A stretch of DNA of 63,280 nt, counting the filler, from Cercozoa sp. M6MM (taxonomy: Eukaryota > Protista > Endomyxa: Ascetosporea), in the NCBI GenBank assembly GCA_040357565.1. It is 9 parts of 9 records of this genome, joined end to end, with 100 filler letters (N's around TTAATTAATTAA, not from the genome) between each part and the next. Parts side by side here need not be neighbours in the genome. Positions count along the whole stretch, not along the records: positions 13,057 to 18,702 come from JBDODJ010000869.1; positions 18,803 to 40,421 come from JBDODJ010000193.1; 7 more parts are not named here. One strand, given 5' to 3'. Positions 13,170-25,036 of the stretch are shown here, piece after piece (the first letter of the stretch is position 1; each line of letters opens with the position of its first letter). The position numbers and the translations under genes are program-made. The notes under the pieces are model-generated. The model ran no database searches and was not told where the DNA came from. It saw only the letters and a program-made list of their open reading frames with translations.

Positions 13170-15138
13170 AGCGTCGTCACCGTCACCTGTCTCATCGTGC
13201 AGCGGTACCTACTGACTGAGTGACTATCTGAGTGACTGACCGAATGATGGACGGTGATGATGCTGCTGCCGCAAAGAACAAGACGGAGTGCGCTTCCGCC
13301 GCCTGTCGTTGGACACGGTGTCGACGGCGTCCTCGGTGTCGACCTCGGTGTCCACGAGCGTCTCGTCGCACTTTGCCGATCTCACAACGCCCACGCACGC
13401 CCTTGGCACGTGCGTTCGTCCAACACCTTTCACCTTCCTTCCTGGTATGCCCACATGCGAGCATTATACATCCTCTTCTCTGCCTCAGACGCAAGGAGGA
13501 GGAAGCCGTCCTAGGCTTCAAGCGGCCTGTAGCTTCTCACCTCCTCCTGATACCTCCGACATCTACATGTCCTAACGCTTGTGCTTTGCCCTGTCACCCC
13601 CTCAGATCTCAGCAGCGGCCAAAAAGCAGAAATTGCGCACTCTGCGACACCGACAGCGATGGCGAGGCTTCTTGTTCTGCTTGCTGCACGAGAGGTGTCT
13701 CCTCCTCTTTGTCACCACACAGACATACTCTGATTGATTCCCAGGTTCCGCAAGTTCGCACCGTCGCTTGTGTACACGCTGCTGACCTCTCGGCCGCTGC
13801 TGGTGGTACTTTTCGACTCAGTTGGCGCATGGACACGTGTGTGCACACGCGCGTGTGTTCCTAGGTGGGTGATGATGCCGACACGGTGAGTGCGACGGTG
13901 TCGGCACTGGCACACCTGCTGCCAGGCGTGTCCATGCTGGCCAACCACGTGCCTCTGTGGAACCAACCTGTGAGCAACGATAGCACCAGTAGTAGCAGTG
14001 ACAGTGTAAACCACATCGATCATATCAGTCGGATTGACGGTGTGCCACTGCGACTGCGACAGGTTTTATCGCCCCCCCCCCCCCTTTCCTATTTCTCCCC
14101 TTATAACCTTCTCACTTTGACAGGTACCTGCGCCGACACTAGACGATATGGCACGCCACCGACTGATTGGCATCACACGCGGATCCTTTGATCGGTAGCG
14201 CTGATGCTCACTCAGTACAGGTGTACACGTGTTCCCTTGTGATTCCTCGCAACCTTCAGACTGGTCATGAGGCGACGCTCGGTACGCGAGAGTATCGCGC
14301 TGCTGGATCTGGACGAGAACTCATTGCTCGCACCCGAGTATCCGGTTCGTTACTTTGCCAACGGCGGTGGCAGTAAGGTCGGCGGCACAGGGAGCACTGG
14401 CGACGGCGGCACCGGGCAGCACCGCAAGCGATCGCTCGTGCTGCAGCTGTTGGGCCGCGCCTCGCGCTTTCCCAACGAAAGCACCTTCCTGCTCTTCCTG
14501 GAGCGACACCTGCTTGGTAAATATAACTGCACACTTGACGTTGTTTGCACTTGGCGCTTGACACAAGCGCTTGTTTGTGCGTGCGTGTGTGTTGTCCGGG
14601 TAGAGTTGCAGTTGAAGGCGTTCGTATACTGGCACATGGCACTGCAAGGTATCGAGCCGTCACAACTCTCACAGCGACTGCAACGATACGCGCGGCCTGC
14701 CTCAACGTCGAATGTATAGACTTTCAAGCCTGCTGATTTGCTCTGTTTTTCGACTCGGGTTTACACAGAAAGTCGTGCTGGATCGGAGCGTCATGGAGAA
14801 ACTGCTAAGTGTGGGTCGACCAGACTTGGGTATTGCGCCTGTTTGACCAAATGAACTACTCGGCCTGGTTGCATACGATTTGTGCGTGCCATAGCGATCT
14901 TGGAGAACTTGGCGCGCGTGCTACTTCACCAGCAGCAACTGCACGCCGCGGGTGTCTCACTATTCGCGCAGCTGCGCGGTTTGCCCGTTCAGACCAAGCT
15001 GCGCATTCCGACGTACGTTCCTTTTCCGCTGGTCCCAACTGCTACGATAAATTCGCTGATGTTCTCCACAGTCTCTTGCTGCCACACGAGCTCCATCGGA
15101 CTCGCAAGGACGAAGGCAGCCCAAATCATGCAACATAA
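13170..15138 (+). CDS. SMCR8: SMCR8-like DENN-domain protein, C-terminal part (5' truncated)
   Basis: Spliced FAPSLVYTLLTSRPLLV|VGDDADTVSATVSALAHLLP ... DMARHRLIGITR ... SIALLDLDENSLLAPEY ... FPNESTFLLFLERHLL|ELQLKAFVY; colinear with the recalled SMCR8 C-terminal motifs. Confidence 0.75.
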
Positions 15139-15538
15139 ACGAAATTGCTCCGCACGCGTGGATGACTGTATTCGTTGTCCGCACCAAGCGTAGACAATGC
15201 TTTGCTCGAACGCGCTGTGCTGCTGACGCACGATCATGCTGGGGTCGCACGGCTACGGTTGAAAACCACAAACGTATGAAGGGCCACCCAAGCTACTTGT
15301 GACAGCTCGGACAGTTATAAACGCGACAGTCCAAGGCTTCAGTTACGGGGCCGACAGTGCTAACAGTGATAGTTTTCGCTTTGTACTCCAGCCTGAAGCT
15401 TTTTGGACAGTTAAAAACTAAGGGCTATTTAGTTCGCTTGACATAACTAAAAAAGACTCATCGCAGGCTTCTTAAAAAGAGTGATACGAGACGGCAGACA
15501 CAACAGGCCTGACATTCGACCATATCCGCTGAAGACAC

Positions 15539-15965
15539 TTAGATGCCGAGCTTGGTGCGGCGCCAGTGACGACGCTTGGTGTTGTAGCTACAAAGACACA
15601 CGTAACATAAGAATCACAACGCACCAATTGTCTCTGGTCGCCACCCGCTTTCGCAACAAATGGCCAAATGTGAAACAGGCTTTTCGAGCAGCAAGCGAGC
15701 GACGACACAAGACGTATTTCGTTGTTTACCGCGTCTTCTGACGGTCAGCCTTGTAGAGCATCCAGTGCGGCAGAGGGCGGTTCTGGCGCGCCTTCTTGGC
15801 AAGCTTCTGCTTGGTGCGGAACGTCTTGTTAGAGCCCTGCACACACCAGACACATCATCCGACCAGCCGACAGGCACAAAAACCGCAAAAAGGCAGAGCC
15901 GCGAAATTTCGCTATCTACGCCCGCAGCGTAACGCTGCGAATATGGATAACATGTAACGCACCAT
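15539..15965 (-). CDS. RPL39: 60S ribosomal protein L39 (eL39), 2 introns (15837-15962, 15588-15729)
   Basis: M|GSNKTFRTKQKLAKKARQNRPLPHWMLYKADRQKTR|YNTKRRHWRRTKLGI*. Confidence 0.97.
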
Positions 15966-16204
15966 GGTGAGTTCTAGAAAGTCAAACGGGGATTTTGTGA
16001 TTTCTTGTATTTTCGAGTTTTTGGGGTGGTCAATTACGGCGCTCCGCGCGGAAGCTCAGACTGCAATTTAGTTGTTTGATTGTGCTGTTGTGCGTCCTGA
16101 GCATATTTTCTGTGTGAGGCATCGTCCAATAGCGTGTTTCGCTTCAGTGAGGCAAAAGCAAAAGTCAAGTCTGCACATCTTTTGCGCTGCATAATTTTCG
16201 TTTG

Positions 16205-18650
16205 ATGTCGCGGCTATCCTGCAGTGCTTTGGGCGAGCCTTGGCACATCGGAAGCCCTTCTTTGGATCCGAGCTACGTTACAAGCAATTGCGTCAATATT
16301 CAATCTATTCGACTGTAAGTCCCTTTGCATTTCCCCAGTGCATCCCTTTGTACTTCCAGTCACTTTAACAAATACGATTTGAGATGTTCAATCTATTCGA
16401 CTGTACGTCTCTTTGTACCGTTCAGTGTCATGGTTACGCACGGGAGGCCTAGTAGCAACTTGTACTTTGCGAAAATACCAATTGAGTTTCTTACTAATTT
16501 TTCCTCTTCATAGCTGGAAGGCGCCAGAAGGTACTGGCACAGTATGTGTATTTTGCGTTGACTCGCCGACTGAGTGTTAAAACAGAAGCTGCTTACCAAG
16601 CCAGTTTGGATTTTGGTGTCTCGCTAACCTGTAATTTTTATGCTGCATGCGTCTGTGTCATGCGTCTGCTTTCCCAACCCCCACCTGGATTCGTTGCAGA
16701 TAAAAGCTTGAATGCCTTTGACATGGAAGAAATGAGTCGCTTAATTGACGAAAGCGTCGCCGAGGCACCTGATGCATTAATTGTTACAATCCCTGACCCA
16801 GAAAAGTTATCAGACGCAATAACACGCGCCGTGAACTCCAAGATCAGAGTCTACAGTTTCAACAGTGGCATTTCGGTTGCTGCAAGTTTGGGCGTCGAAG
16901 CTCACTTTTCTGGGCTGGATTTTGTCGATGGATATCGAGCATGCAAGGTTGGCTCTGATATTTCGTCGCTTTCATTTGAATTTTCGTGTTTTGCTTTGTT
17001 TTCAGCGCCTCTATACCGAGGGGGCAGCAAATATTCTGTGTGTTCGCCCGGAATCGGGTCAAAATGCCGCTGTGACTTTGAGAATGGACGGTTGTAACAG
17101 CTACATCCAGAATCTTGGGGGCACTGTTGCTAGTTTCGTCGCAACTTCGTAGAGCTGATTGCTATCACGATTCTTCCCTTCAACAAAATTACGAATGTCT
17201 GTGATGTAGAATCGATACCGAATCCGACAGTTTGGAACTTAGAAATGTGTTAAACGCACAGCATAACGTATCTGGGGTGTTCGCACTTGGGTCGAGCGGT
17301 GATCTGGTGGTTTTACGCACACTACGCCTTATGAAAGCAAGTTCAAATACAACGGAAGCACAGCGTGCCCACTCCATCCTTTTTGCTGGTTTCGACATAT
17401 CAGCTACAGGTACGGTATCGCTCATGTGGTGTTTAGTGTAACATTCCTTTAAATTATTGACGTTTGATGTTAGCCATCCAGCAGGCTATCGTTGGCGGGT
17501 ATTTGAAAATGTCATTATAAAAATGTCATTGTTCAAGTGTTGGATAAAACGTTTTGTTTAAAGTGAAATGCTGTTCTCGATGGACCAGTATTACATGTGC
17601 TCAGAATAACTTGTCGAAGGAGTAAATATATTTTCAGTGTGCATTCTTGTCCATCGTGTCTGTATTCCATCGAGTTAGGCAAAGTTATCTGCAAGCATAC
17701 GGTGTCGTAGCACAAGCCGTGCTTGGGAGTATCACGAATATCGAAAACATGCCGGGTACGTCGTCACAACTAAAGTCTACAAACCCGGGTATTTAGAGAG
17801 TATCACAGGCACTGTTTTCGTCACGGGATCCAAAATTGTCGATGCGAGGAGTATGCGCGCCTCATTGGTACATAAACTTACATTAGTTTCCTTGCAACCA
17901 TAAAAAACAGTTAAACGGGTTTCAACTAGGAGCGTGGGTGCGCGAGTACCTACAGGTAAGTTTACTGTCTCGGCCTCAGGTTTGCGCCATGACTGGGGTT
18001 GTCCACTATTTCTTCCCACCGGGCAGGTTTTGCGACAAACCTCTGCTGGATTACATGTCACGGCATGAGTTTTCTGTCATCGCACCGTCATCCAAGACGA
18101 GTGGCTGCAGATGCACTAATCGAAGCAAAATCGATGGCTTTGTCGTCCCATTTCTCATTTTCGTCAAAAAAGCGTACAATTTTATTAATGTCTCCCCTGG
18201 CGCTATAGGTTTCTGACGGATCAATCCATGACCCTCCGTATAACGGCGTTGCGGCTGGAGCGCGCTTTGCCGGCTTTGGTAGGAGTCGAATCAACTTCCA
18301 CTAAGTTTATAAAGCACGCATATGAAATGGATAGTGCAGCGCTTAATGCCAATGTCAAAATCGTCACCACTCTCGCAGAGGTGTATTAACATTTTGGCAT
18401 GCTTGACCTCAAAGCAAAACTGATCTAAATTTTAATAAACAATCGTACATTTGAGTACCCAATAAATTTTATAGGCCTTTCCGTCCGATGAACAAGTAGA
18501 AGAACTTGCAAACATTGTTTCTGACGCAACTTTGAACAACTCCACGCAAGACACCGTCATTTTCTCGACGCTGTCAAGTTCTGGCCAGCTTAAAGCTGCA
18601 ATCCAAAACGCGACGAGCAACGGGGTTACCGTCGTTTCTGTTTTTGGGAG
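16205..18650 (+). CDS. Protein with tandem class I periplasmic sugar-binding-protein-like domains, intron-rich; start uncertain, 3' truncated
   Basis: VMVTHGRPSSNFWKAPEEAAYQASLDFGVSLTYKSLNAFDMEEMSRLIDESVAEAPDALIVTIPDPEKLSDAITRAVNSKIRVYSFNSG ... VTLRMDG ... GFDIS..AIQQAIVGGEMLFSMDQQSYLQAY ... TGSKIVD; second degenerate domain from ~18200. Confidence 0.85.
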
Positions 18651-18665
18651 GTAGAACTTCAATGC

Positions 18666-18700
<35 letters not shown>

Positions 18701-18868
18701 TGNNNNNNNNNNNNNNNNNNNNNNNNNNNNNNNNNNNNNNNNNNNNTTAATTAATTAANNNNNNNNNNNNNNNNNNNNNNNNNNNNNNNNNNNNNNNNNN
18801 NNTTTTTTTTTTTTTTGTTGTGTCTTCTATTTTGCGCGTGTGTCACATCTTGTTTTTGCCTCCCACAG

Positions 18869-19516
18869 GATTTAGGATGGCCAACCGGCGCGTTGGTTTC
18901 ACAAGGCGTACATGCGGTACGCTTTCATGTGCCTGGTAAAGATCAGAGCTGATGTCAAATGCACCCCTGTTCAGGCCACTGCGGTGTTGCGTGACCATGC
19001 CGAGCAGGAGGTGCTTTTTACTTTGTGCTCGGTTGTTACCGCATTGTTCAAGTTGTCCTTTGTCGAAACTGCGCAGGAAGTCCGTGAGTTTTTGGCGGAA
19101 AGGTAAATTAACAGGATACTTTTTCAGGGTCGAATTGTTTGGTGAGGTTGTGTGGAGGGAATTCAATGTACACTTACTCACCCGTACAGGAGTTTTCAAA
19201 TGCACGTCTGCACTCTGGCTGTCAAGAGCGAGGCCGAGGTATCGTGAAACTTGAATGCACTCTCAAATGACAGTTTGATGGCACGTACTCCACCTGCTCC
19301 TGCTTAGCTTGACAAATACGCCAACAAACTGCAAGAGAAGGGTCTGCACTTCCACCTTTGGGTACATGTATCTCCTTCAACCTTGAACAGGTGCATTTTG
19401 CTTCGTGGGTACCGCAGACCGAACAGCCGGACAACATCAAGTCGGCCCTGGCTACGGTGCCGTACGCACGCTCGATCCTAAAGCCCTTGTTCAAAAAACT
19501 GCGTCTTCTGGCATGA
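18869..19516 (+). CDS. PTRHD1: Peptidyl-tRNA hydrolase PTRHD1 (PTH2 family), 5' truncated
   Basis: DLGWPTGALVSQGVHA|ATAVL ... MHVCTLAV ... HFHLW|TEQPDNIKSALATVPYARSILKPLFKKLRLLA*. Confidence 0.9.
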
Positions 19517-19639
19517 TTTTCGAGAATGTCGACCCAGATTCAACTTGAAACATGATACGAATTTCTTTGTATGTCAAGTTCCTGAAGCTAGATCTAGGCA
19601 CAGTGGCGGTAGTACAAGCAGCTTGACACCTGTGCGGTC

Positions 19640-20869
19640 ATGCAGGAGCAGCAAGACGAGCTGGACGCTCTTCAGGTATTATCGGAACAGAATGATGGGC
19701 ACAAATGATAATTATGCCTCGTCTTGTGCAGTACAGTTTTGAGGAAGACGACATTGAATGGCATTCAACCGAACCAGGCAGTGGTGAAGCTGTTGCTTTC
19801 ACTGTCGCTATCCACGGCACTCCACAGGATGATGGTACTGTACAGATAGGCCAAGTGTCAGCGCGGACATGTGATTGTAAAAAATGGACAGGTGTGCTGC
19901 GAGACATCAAATTGCGCTTCGAGTGGCCAGAGAGTTACCCATCGACAGAGCCAGTGTGCAAGTTGGGTATTCTTTGAGTTCGGTCAAGCTGAACTCAGGC
20001 TGGTGTTTTTGCGAACTTCATTTCGTTTGTGCAGAAGGCGACCTGAACTACATTCATCCCGACGATCGCGCGCGAATTCTTCAAACGGCGTCAGAAACAG
20101 CGCAAATTTCGCTTGGAGACGTTTGTTTCGCTTTTTCTGCGATGATCGTTTGTTCGGTCTTTTTTTTGGGTTGAGTTTTGTGTGTTTCCCAGTGGCAGAC
20201 ACTCGGAATTGTCGATGCTGTGAGGGACCTGCTGGATGATATCACGTTCCGCAAGTAGATTCCCTTTTCGTTTGTCTCTTTGCATCGACTATTATCTTTG
20301 GTGTGGTCTGCAGGGATGCCGGGTCGCTTTGGGATGCCATCGATAAGGAATGAGCTGTGCTTTCTGGGATGTCTATCAAAGAGTCTGACGTGCCCTAATG
20401 CTGTTGCAGAGTGAACTCGAAGCCAATGCCACCAGTGCGCCGACAACGCCAACTTCAGCCAACTCAAATGACGCCGCTGCCGACAAATTCGACATGCGCG
20501 GCCTGTCCAAGGTGCTATCTTGTTTTTTCTTTCTGTGTGTTTTGCAAAATGCGAGAAGTATTGCACAGAGACAAAAGCGAGTGGCCTGGAACCGACTGCG
20601 AGGCGACGGAACACTGCCGCGTGGTCACGACTGGTCTGTTTTCTGCCTCTTCACAACTCAAACATGAATTCTACGTGTCGTGTCATGTGTCTGTCGCACA
20701 GGGTTGACGTGGTGGCCCACTTGTCGCGTGTGCCTGCCGATAAACAGGTGACACCAGTCTCCTTACTGTTTTAGGTGCATGTCGTATCATCTACTGTGCC
20801 CTGCAGGTCTCCAAAAACCGCGGCCAAAAACCGCCGTCCTACGCCCTCAAGAAGACGAAAAGAAAATAA
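19640..20869 (+). CDS. RWDD4: RWD domain-containing protein 4 (one non-canonical junction at 20347-20409)
   Basis: MQEQQDELDALQ, LRFEWPESYPSTEP (RWD YPxxxP), C-terminal LSKRQKR..GTLPRGHDWVDVVAHLSR typical of RWDD4. Confidence 0.85.
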
Positions 20870-22219
20870 AACTAAATAGCTTGTTATGGCACAACGTTTC
20901 TCAACCAGTCAAGTTGTCATCCGATCTGACTACTCGTCAGCGCAGACGATCAAATCTAAATCAGTACTGGTTAATAGTGAAGGATTTTGTTACTGCGGCA
21001 CAATGGCCCAATCAGTAAGGGAAAGGAGAGACTAAATAAATCATTCAATTAGATAAGTCGTCACTCAGTTGAGTCAACGTTAGAACTGTAGGTGAAATAC
21101 CCCTACTGGGTCTCGAAGTGATCCACTGGATCTCGACCAAAGGAAGACGTCCTTGGTCGTAACAATGCGTTTATGAAAGAAAAACTCCGCCTGTGAACAC
21201 ACGACGAAGTGAGTGGAATGGAAACCAGCCAATGAGCCAACTGACCAGGCTGAAGCCGTGACGGAGCTTTCTGCTTCTCTGCAAGGACTCTGTCCAGGCA
21301 AGATCTACAGCAACAGCAATCCACTGAGTCAGTAGTTAGGTCTCAGAGCAAGGTACCAAGCCAAAACACTCTTAAACTTCTTCCTTTCTCAAACTTGCTT
21401 GAGACATAGGTTATTGACCTCCACGCGGACGGGTCAGAGCAATGATTACTGAAAATGTGCAGTAACAATTTGTTTTGCTAGGTATCCCCTGCATTACATC
21501 CTGAGGCTTTTACCTCAAGCTTTCTACGGCTTGCGCACTTTGGCTGCAGTGAGTGCTTGGGCTTTTTTCAATTGCCAAGTCTTCAATACCTTAATTACTG
21601 GTTCCCATCCATAACAAGCTCGCCGGAACTTGCCTGGAGTATCGATGCAATATTCAAGTGGCTACAGCGGAAATGGTTTGCAAAAACAAAACTTGGGGAA
21701 AAATGAAACTTTAGCGTCACTGTTTAAATGCATGGATGTGCTTAAGCTGTCGAAATTAGAGTGCACTCGTGGTGAATGCTCGTCGAATTGCGGTCAAGCG
21801 AACCTACTGTCAAGTGCCTCGAATGATCGTTTTTTGCCAAGTGAAAACAAACTTGTTCGTCTGTGCCGCGCACTTGTCTCGAGCTGTCCCACGAGCTGTG
21901 TGATAATTAGTGCAAGTTTTGGGCACCTCTAGAGGCCTAACCTTGCATCATGTAGCTGGTCGGGTCGTTTCTCCAAAACCTGGGCTAACTTCACTGGGCG
22001 TTCCGTGGCCGTCCGAGACCACGTGTGGATACACTGGCAGCGTTCCTGGCCTGTGAGGCGTCATTTCCAGTCCAAAATACTCCATAATACGCCAAAAACA
22101 TTCAAAAAAATGTGTGCTGGGCTCCTAAGATTGCACTGATACTCGAGCACGAGTGAGTTTACACGCGCCTTTAGAACGACCTGACCGAGCTTAGAACGGT
22201 TTTCGCAGACTGAAAAACC

Positions 22220-22963
22220 ATGGTGAGTTTTGTCTTGACCGTGTGGTTGCGTTAACTTTGTCCTTGACAGATGGAGACGCTGCAGCGTCTGTGGCAGCGC
22301 CTGCTGCGCGCGTTTGTTCCGTGCTGCGCCGACGTCGTCGTTGGCGCCTCGGCGGACTACGACTGCGACCTGATCGTGCCGCTGGCGCAGCGTGGCGCGC
22401 AGGTGCAGTGCGAGATCGACAGCATTCCCGTCGAACTCGAGCTTTTCGTCCAGCAAGACGACGTTGAACCTGTTGAAAAAGTGAAAGAAGAAGAAGTGAA
22501 AGAAGAAGATGAGGAAGTGAAAGAGGAAGACGTGAAAGAAGAAGAAGAAGAAAAAGTGAAAGGAGTAAGAGAAGTAGTGGAAGAAGAAGACTTGAAAGAG
22601 GAAGAGGAACAAGAGGAAACCACGGAGCAGGTGCAACACTGTCTGCAGTACAGAGTATCGACTCCGTCTATCTGTGTTCATTTCCTTGTTGTAGGTGCTC
22701 ATGTCGACTTTCACGGCCGTTGTTGACGGTCGTGAAATCACACTGTACTACAACGCCGAGACCATCGAAGCACTTAATGAGTTGTACCATCATTTGCTCC
22801 TCAGCTATCTCTTGTGATCCGACTGTTGACTCTGCTGTGCAGCCTACGCGTTGAAATCCAACGCATCAAGGTCGAGAACCTGTGGCGTTCATTGCATCGA
22901 TGGCAGCGCGAGCACCACTGGAACGCCGTCGTGTTCGAGTCTGTCAAGTTTGTCGACTTCTGA
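22220..22963 (+). CDS. Hypothetical protein with central E/K-rich tract, 3 introns, ATG-only first exon
   Basis: ATG|gtgagt..cag|METLQRLWQRLL...EETTEQ|VLMSTFTAVVDGREITLYYN..|..HHWNAVVFESVKFVDF*. Confidence 0.6.
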
Positions 22964-23113
22964 GCCGTCCGTCATGTCGACCAACTTCCTTAAAAATGAA
23001 ATACTGTATGTATAGAGTCAATTAACTGCACTGTACGTCATGCATAACTGTCAGTCCATTTAAGCTCAACTCAAGTCGGCAAACAGACGTCAGTGCCGTC
23101 GAGTCTCTGTCTT

Positions 23114-24929
23114 CTACGCGCTGCTTTTACCGTCCATGTCAGTTGAGCCGTTAATTGGCGATGGTGGATGTTGATCACTCGAAACGTTGGGTCGATCGGA
23201 CATGACATTGACACGAACGTGTCTGCTGAGGCTAACGTCGCTGTGGCCAGATGTCGCAGTGACGGCGCTCCGTGCCACCGAGGAACGTGGCGTTCCGGTG
23301 AGATTTGTCGCTGCGTCGGAGGGACGCTCTTGGTAAAAGTGCGCGATGTCTGTCACATACAGAAATGACGCAGCGACAAGAGAATACGAGAAGAATACCA
23401 AAGAGTGCGGCAGTGCCAACTGACGTGTGATGTGCACGAGTGCACTCGACGTCCTTCCTGAGCATCTCTTTCAACATCGCTTTCGTCTCACGCTCAAAGC
23501 GAACTGGATCGCGCGCATTCTCGACGCAGAAAACCTTCATGGCGTGCGCTTGGGTACCGAGTGCAACCTCTCGAAACCTGCACATTTGCTTCACCTCTGG
23601 AGTGAGTGACTGCTCGGTCACTAGCAGGTCTGAGTCTGAACTAGCTGTCTCGCATAACGCCTGCACACAGCAACGCACATGGGAAACTCGAGTAAACTGG
23701 TGTGTTCATTGCGGCTATCTCTACACTTTACCTGTGCTAACCGAGGAGCTTCTCCGAAAACAGAGTACTTCATGACGCGGCCACAACGACCGCCGACGTT
23801 TCCAACACTCGAGGCGGCAGTATGCACACCGATGCTGACTGCAGAGGTCGTCGCTTCGGCTGACAGATGTGTCCTCTCGTGCAACAGGTGATCGAACAGA
23901 ACCTCACTTGGCTTGACAGACGTGGAGTTCTTGTGGACTAGGTGAGGTAGCAGAAACGCCTCGGCGATCAGTACGATGCGAAGTGCTGCAGTTACTGCTT
24001 TTTCTTCGTGCCTCTTGAGTGAGTCGGGTGCACTGCACAATGCATGTACATAGAGTAGTCCTCGTATCTACAGTACAAGGTGCATGACGACGTGTTTTCG
24101 TTCCAACCCACTTAAACATGATCGAGAAGTGCGACTCAAAGAGTTCGATAAGGCAGCCTCCTGTTTAAATCGGTTTTTAGTAAAATTTGTAGCGGAGAAA
24201 ATAAGAAAAAGAGCGACCTGTCGACTGGGCGACCGTACTAACCAGGAGCATGAGTTCACAGTGTGCGTCAGCAAGTTGGCTCGACGGTATGCTGTCGTAG
24301 TACGACATCTAAAAGCGAGGTTTTCTAACGGGAGAGCAGCGGATGCAGATGGCATTTTGCACCTTTCCGTGCAGGACTGTGACGTATCGCTCAACAGTTC
24401 CAGGTCTTGCTTCTCCATCAGTCTGAACGCAAAAGAAATAGAACTTGACGAAACTGAACACACACAGAGGACTAGAAGGTACCAGGATCAAGCGTCGCAC
24501 CACTTGCGGAGGAACGTAGCGGGAAAATGAGCCTGTGCGTGCATACTGAAAGTTGAGCTTTCATTACCAGTTAACCAGAAAGTAAAGCTGCTAACCTAGC
24601 GCATTCGTAGCTTTCCATACGGACTCACTGATTGCAGCCAGTTCGTAAACGGTCGAAGAGAAGTCGTCCAGTGTCTTTCCTACCCAGGAAGAGCAGAACT
24701 GCGGCAGTGCTGACTGAGGTGGAAAACACTCGCAAACACACCTGACTGCTCAAATTTTCCATTCATGATGCAGTCGAAGATTTCCACAAGCTTTTCGAGA
24801 GGCAGCGCTGCTCGAAAAAGCGACACATAAAAGTTGAATACACAAGCACATACTCTATTTTAGTTGAGGGACGAAGCACCTATCTCATCGCCCAGCACCT
24901 AGGAACGAAAGGGGACTGAATAATGTGCG

Positions 24930-24978
<49 letters not shown>

Positions 24979-24988
24979 NNNNNNNNNN

Positions 24989-25036
<48 letters not shown>

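Noticed and set aside
20251-20313. GC-AG intron in RWDD4
   Set aside because: The GT donor at CGC AA|GTAGAT restores the frame
20351-20353. Genome-wide UGA reassignment
   Set aside because: UGA terminates PTRHD1 (19514) at the expected position, and no other rebuilt gene needed an in-frame stop
20900-22100. Possible minus-strand multi-exon gene
   Set aside because: Splice-like signals are present, but no coherent frame or motif could be recovered
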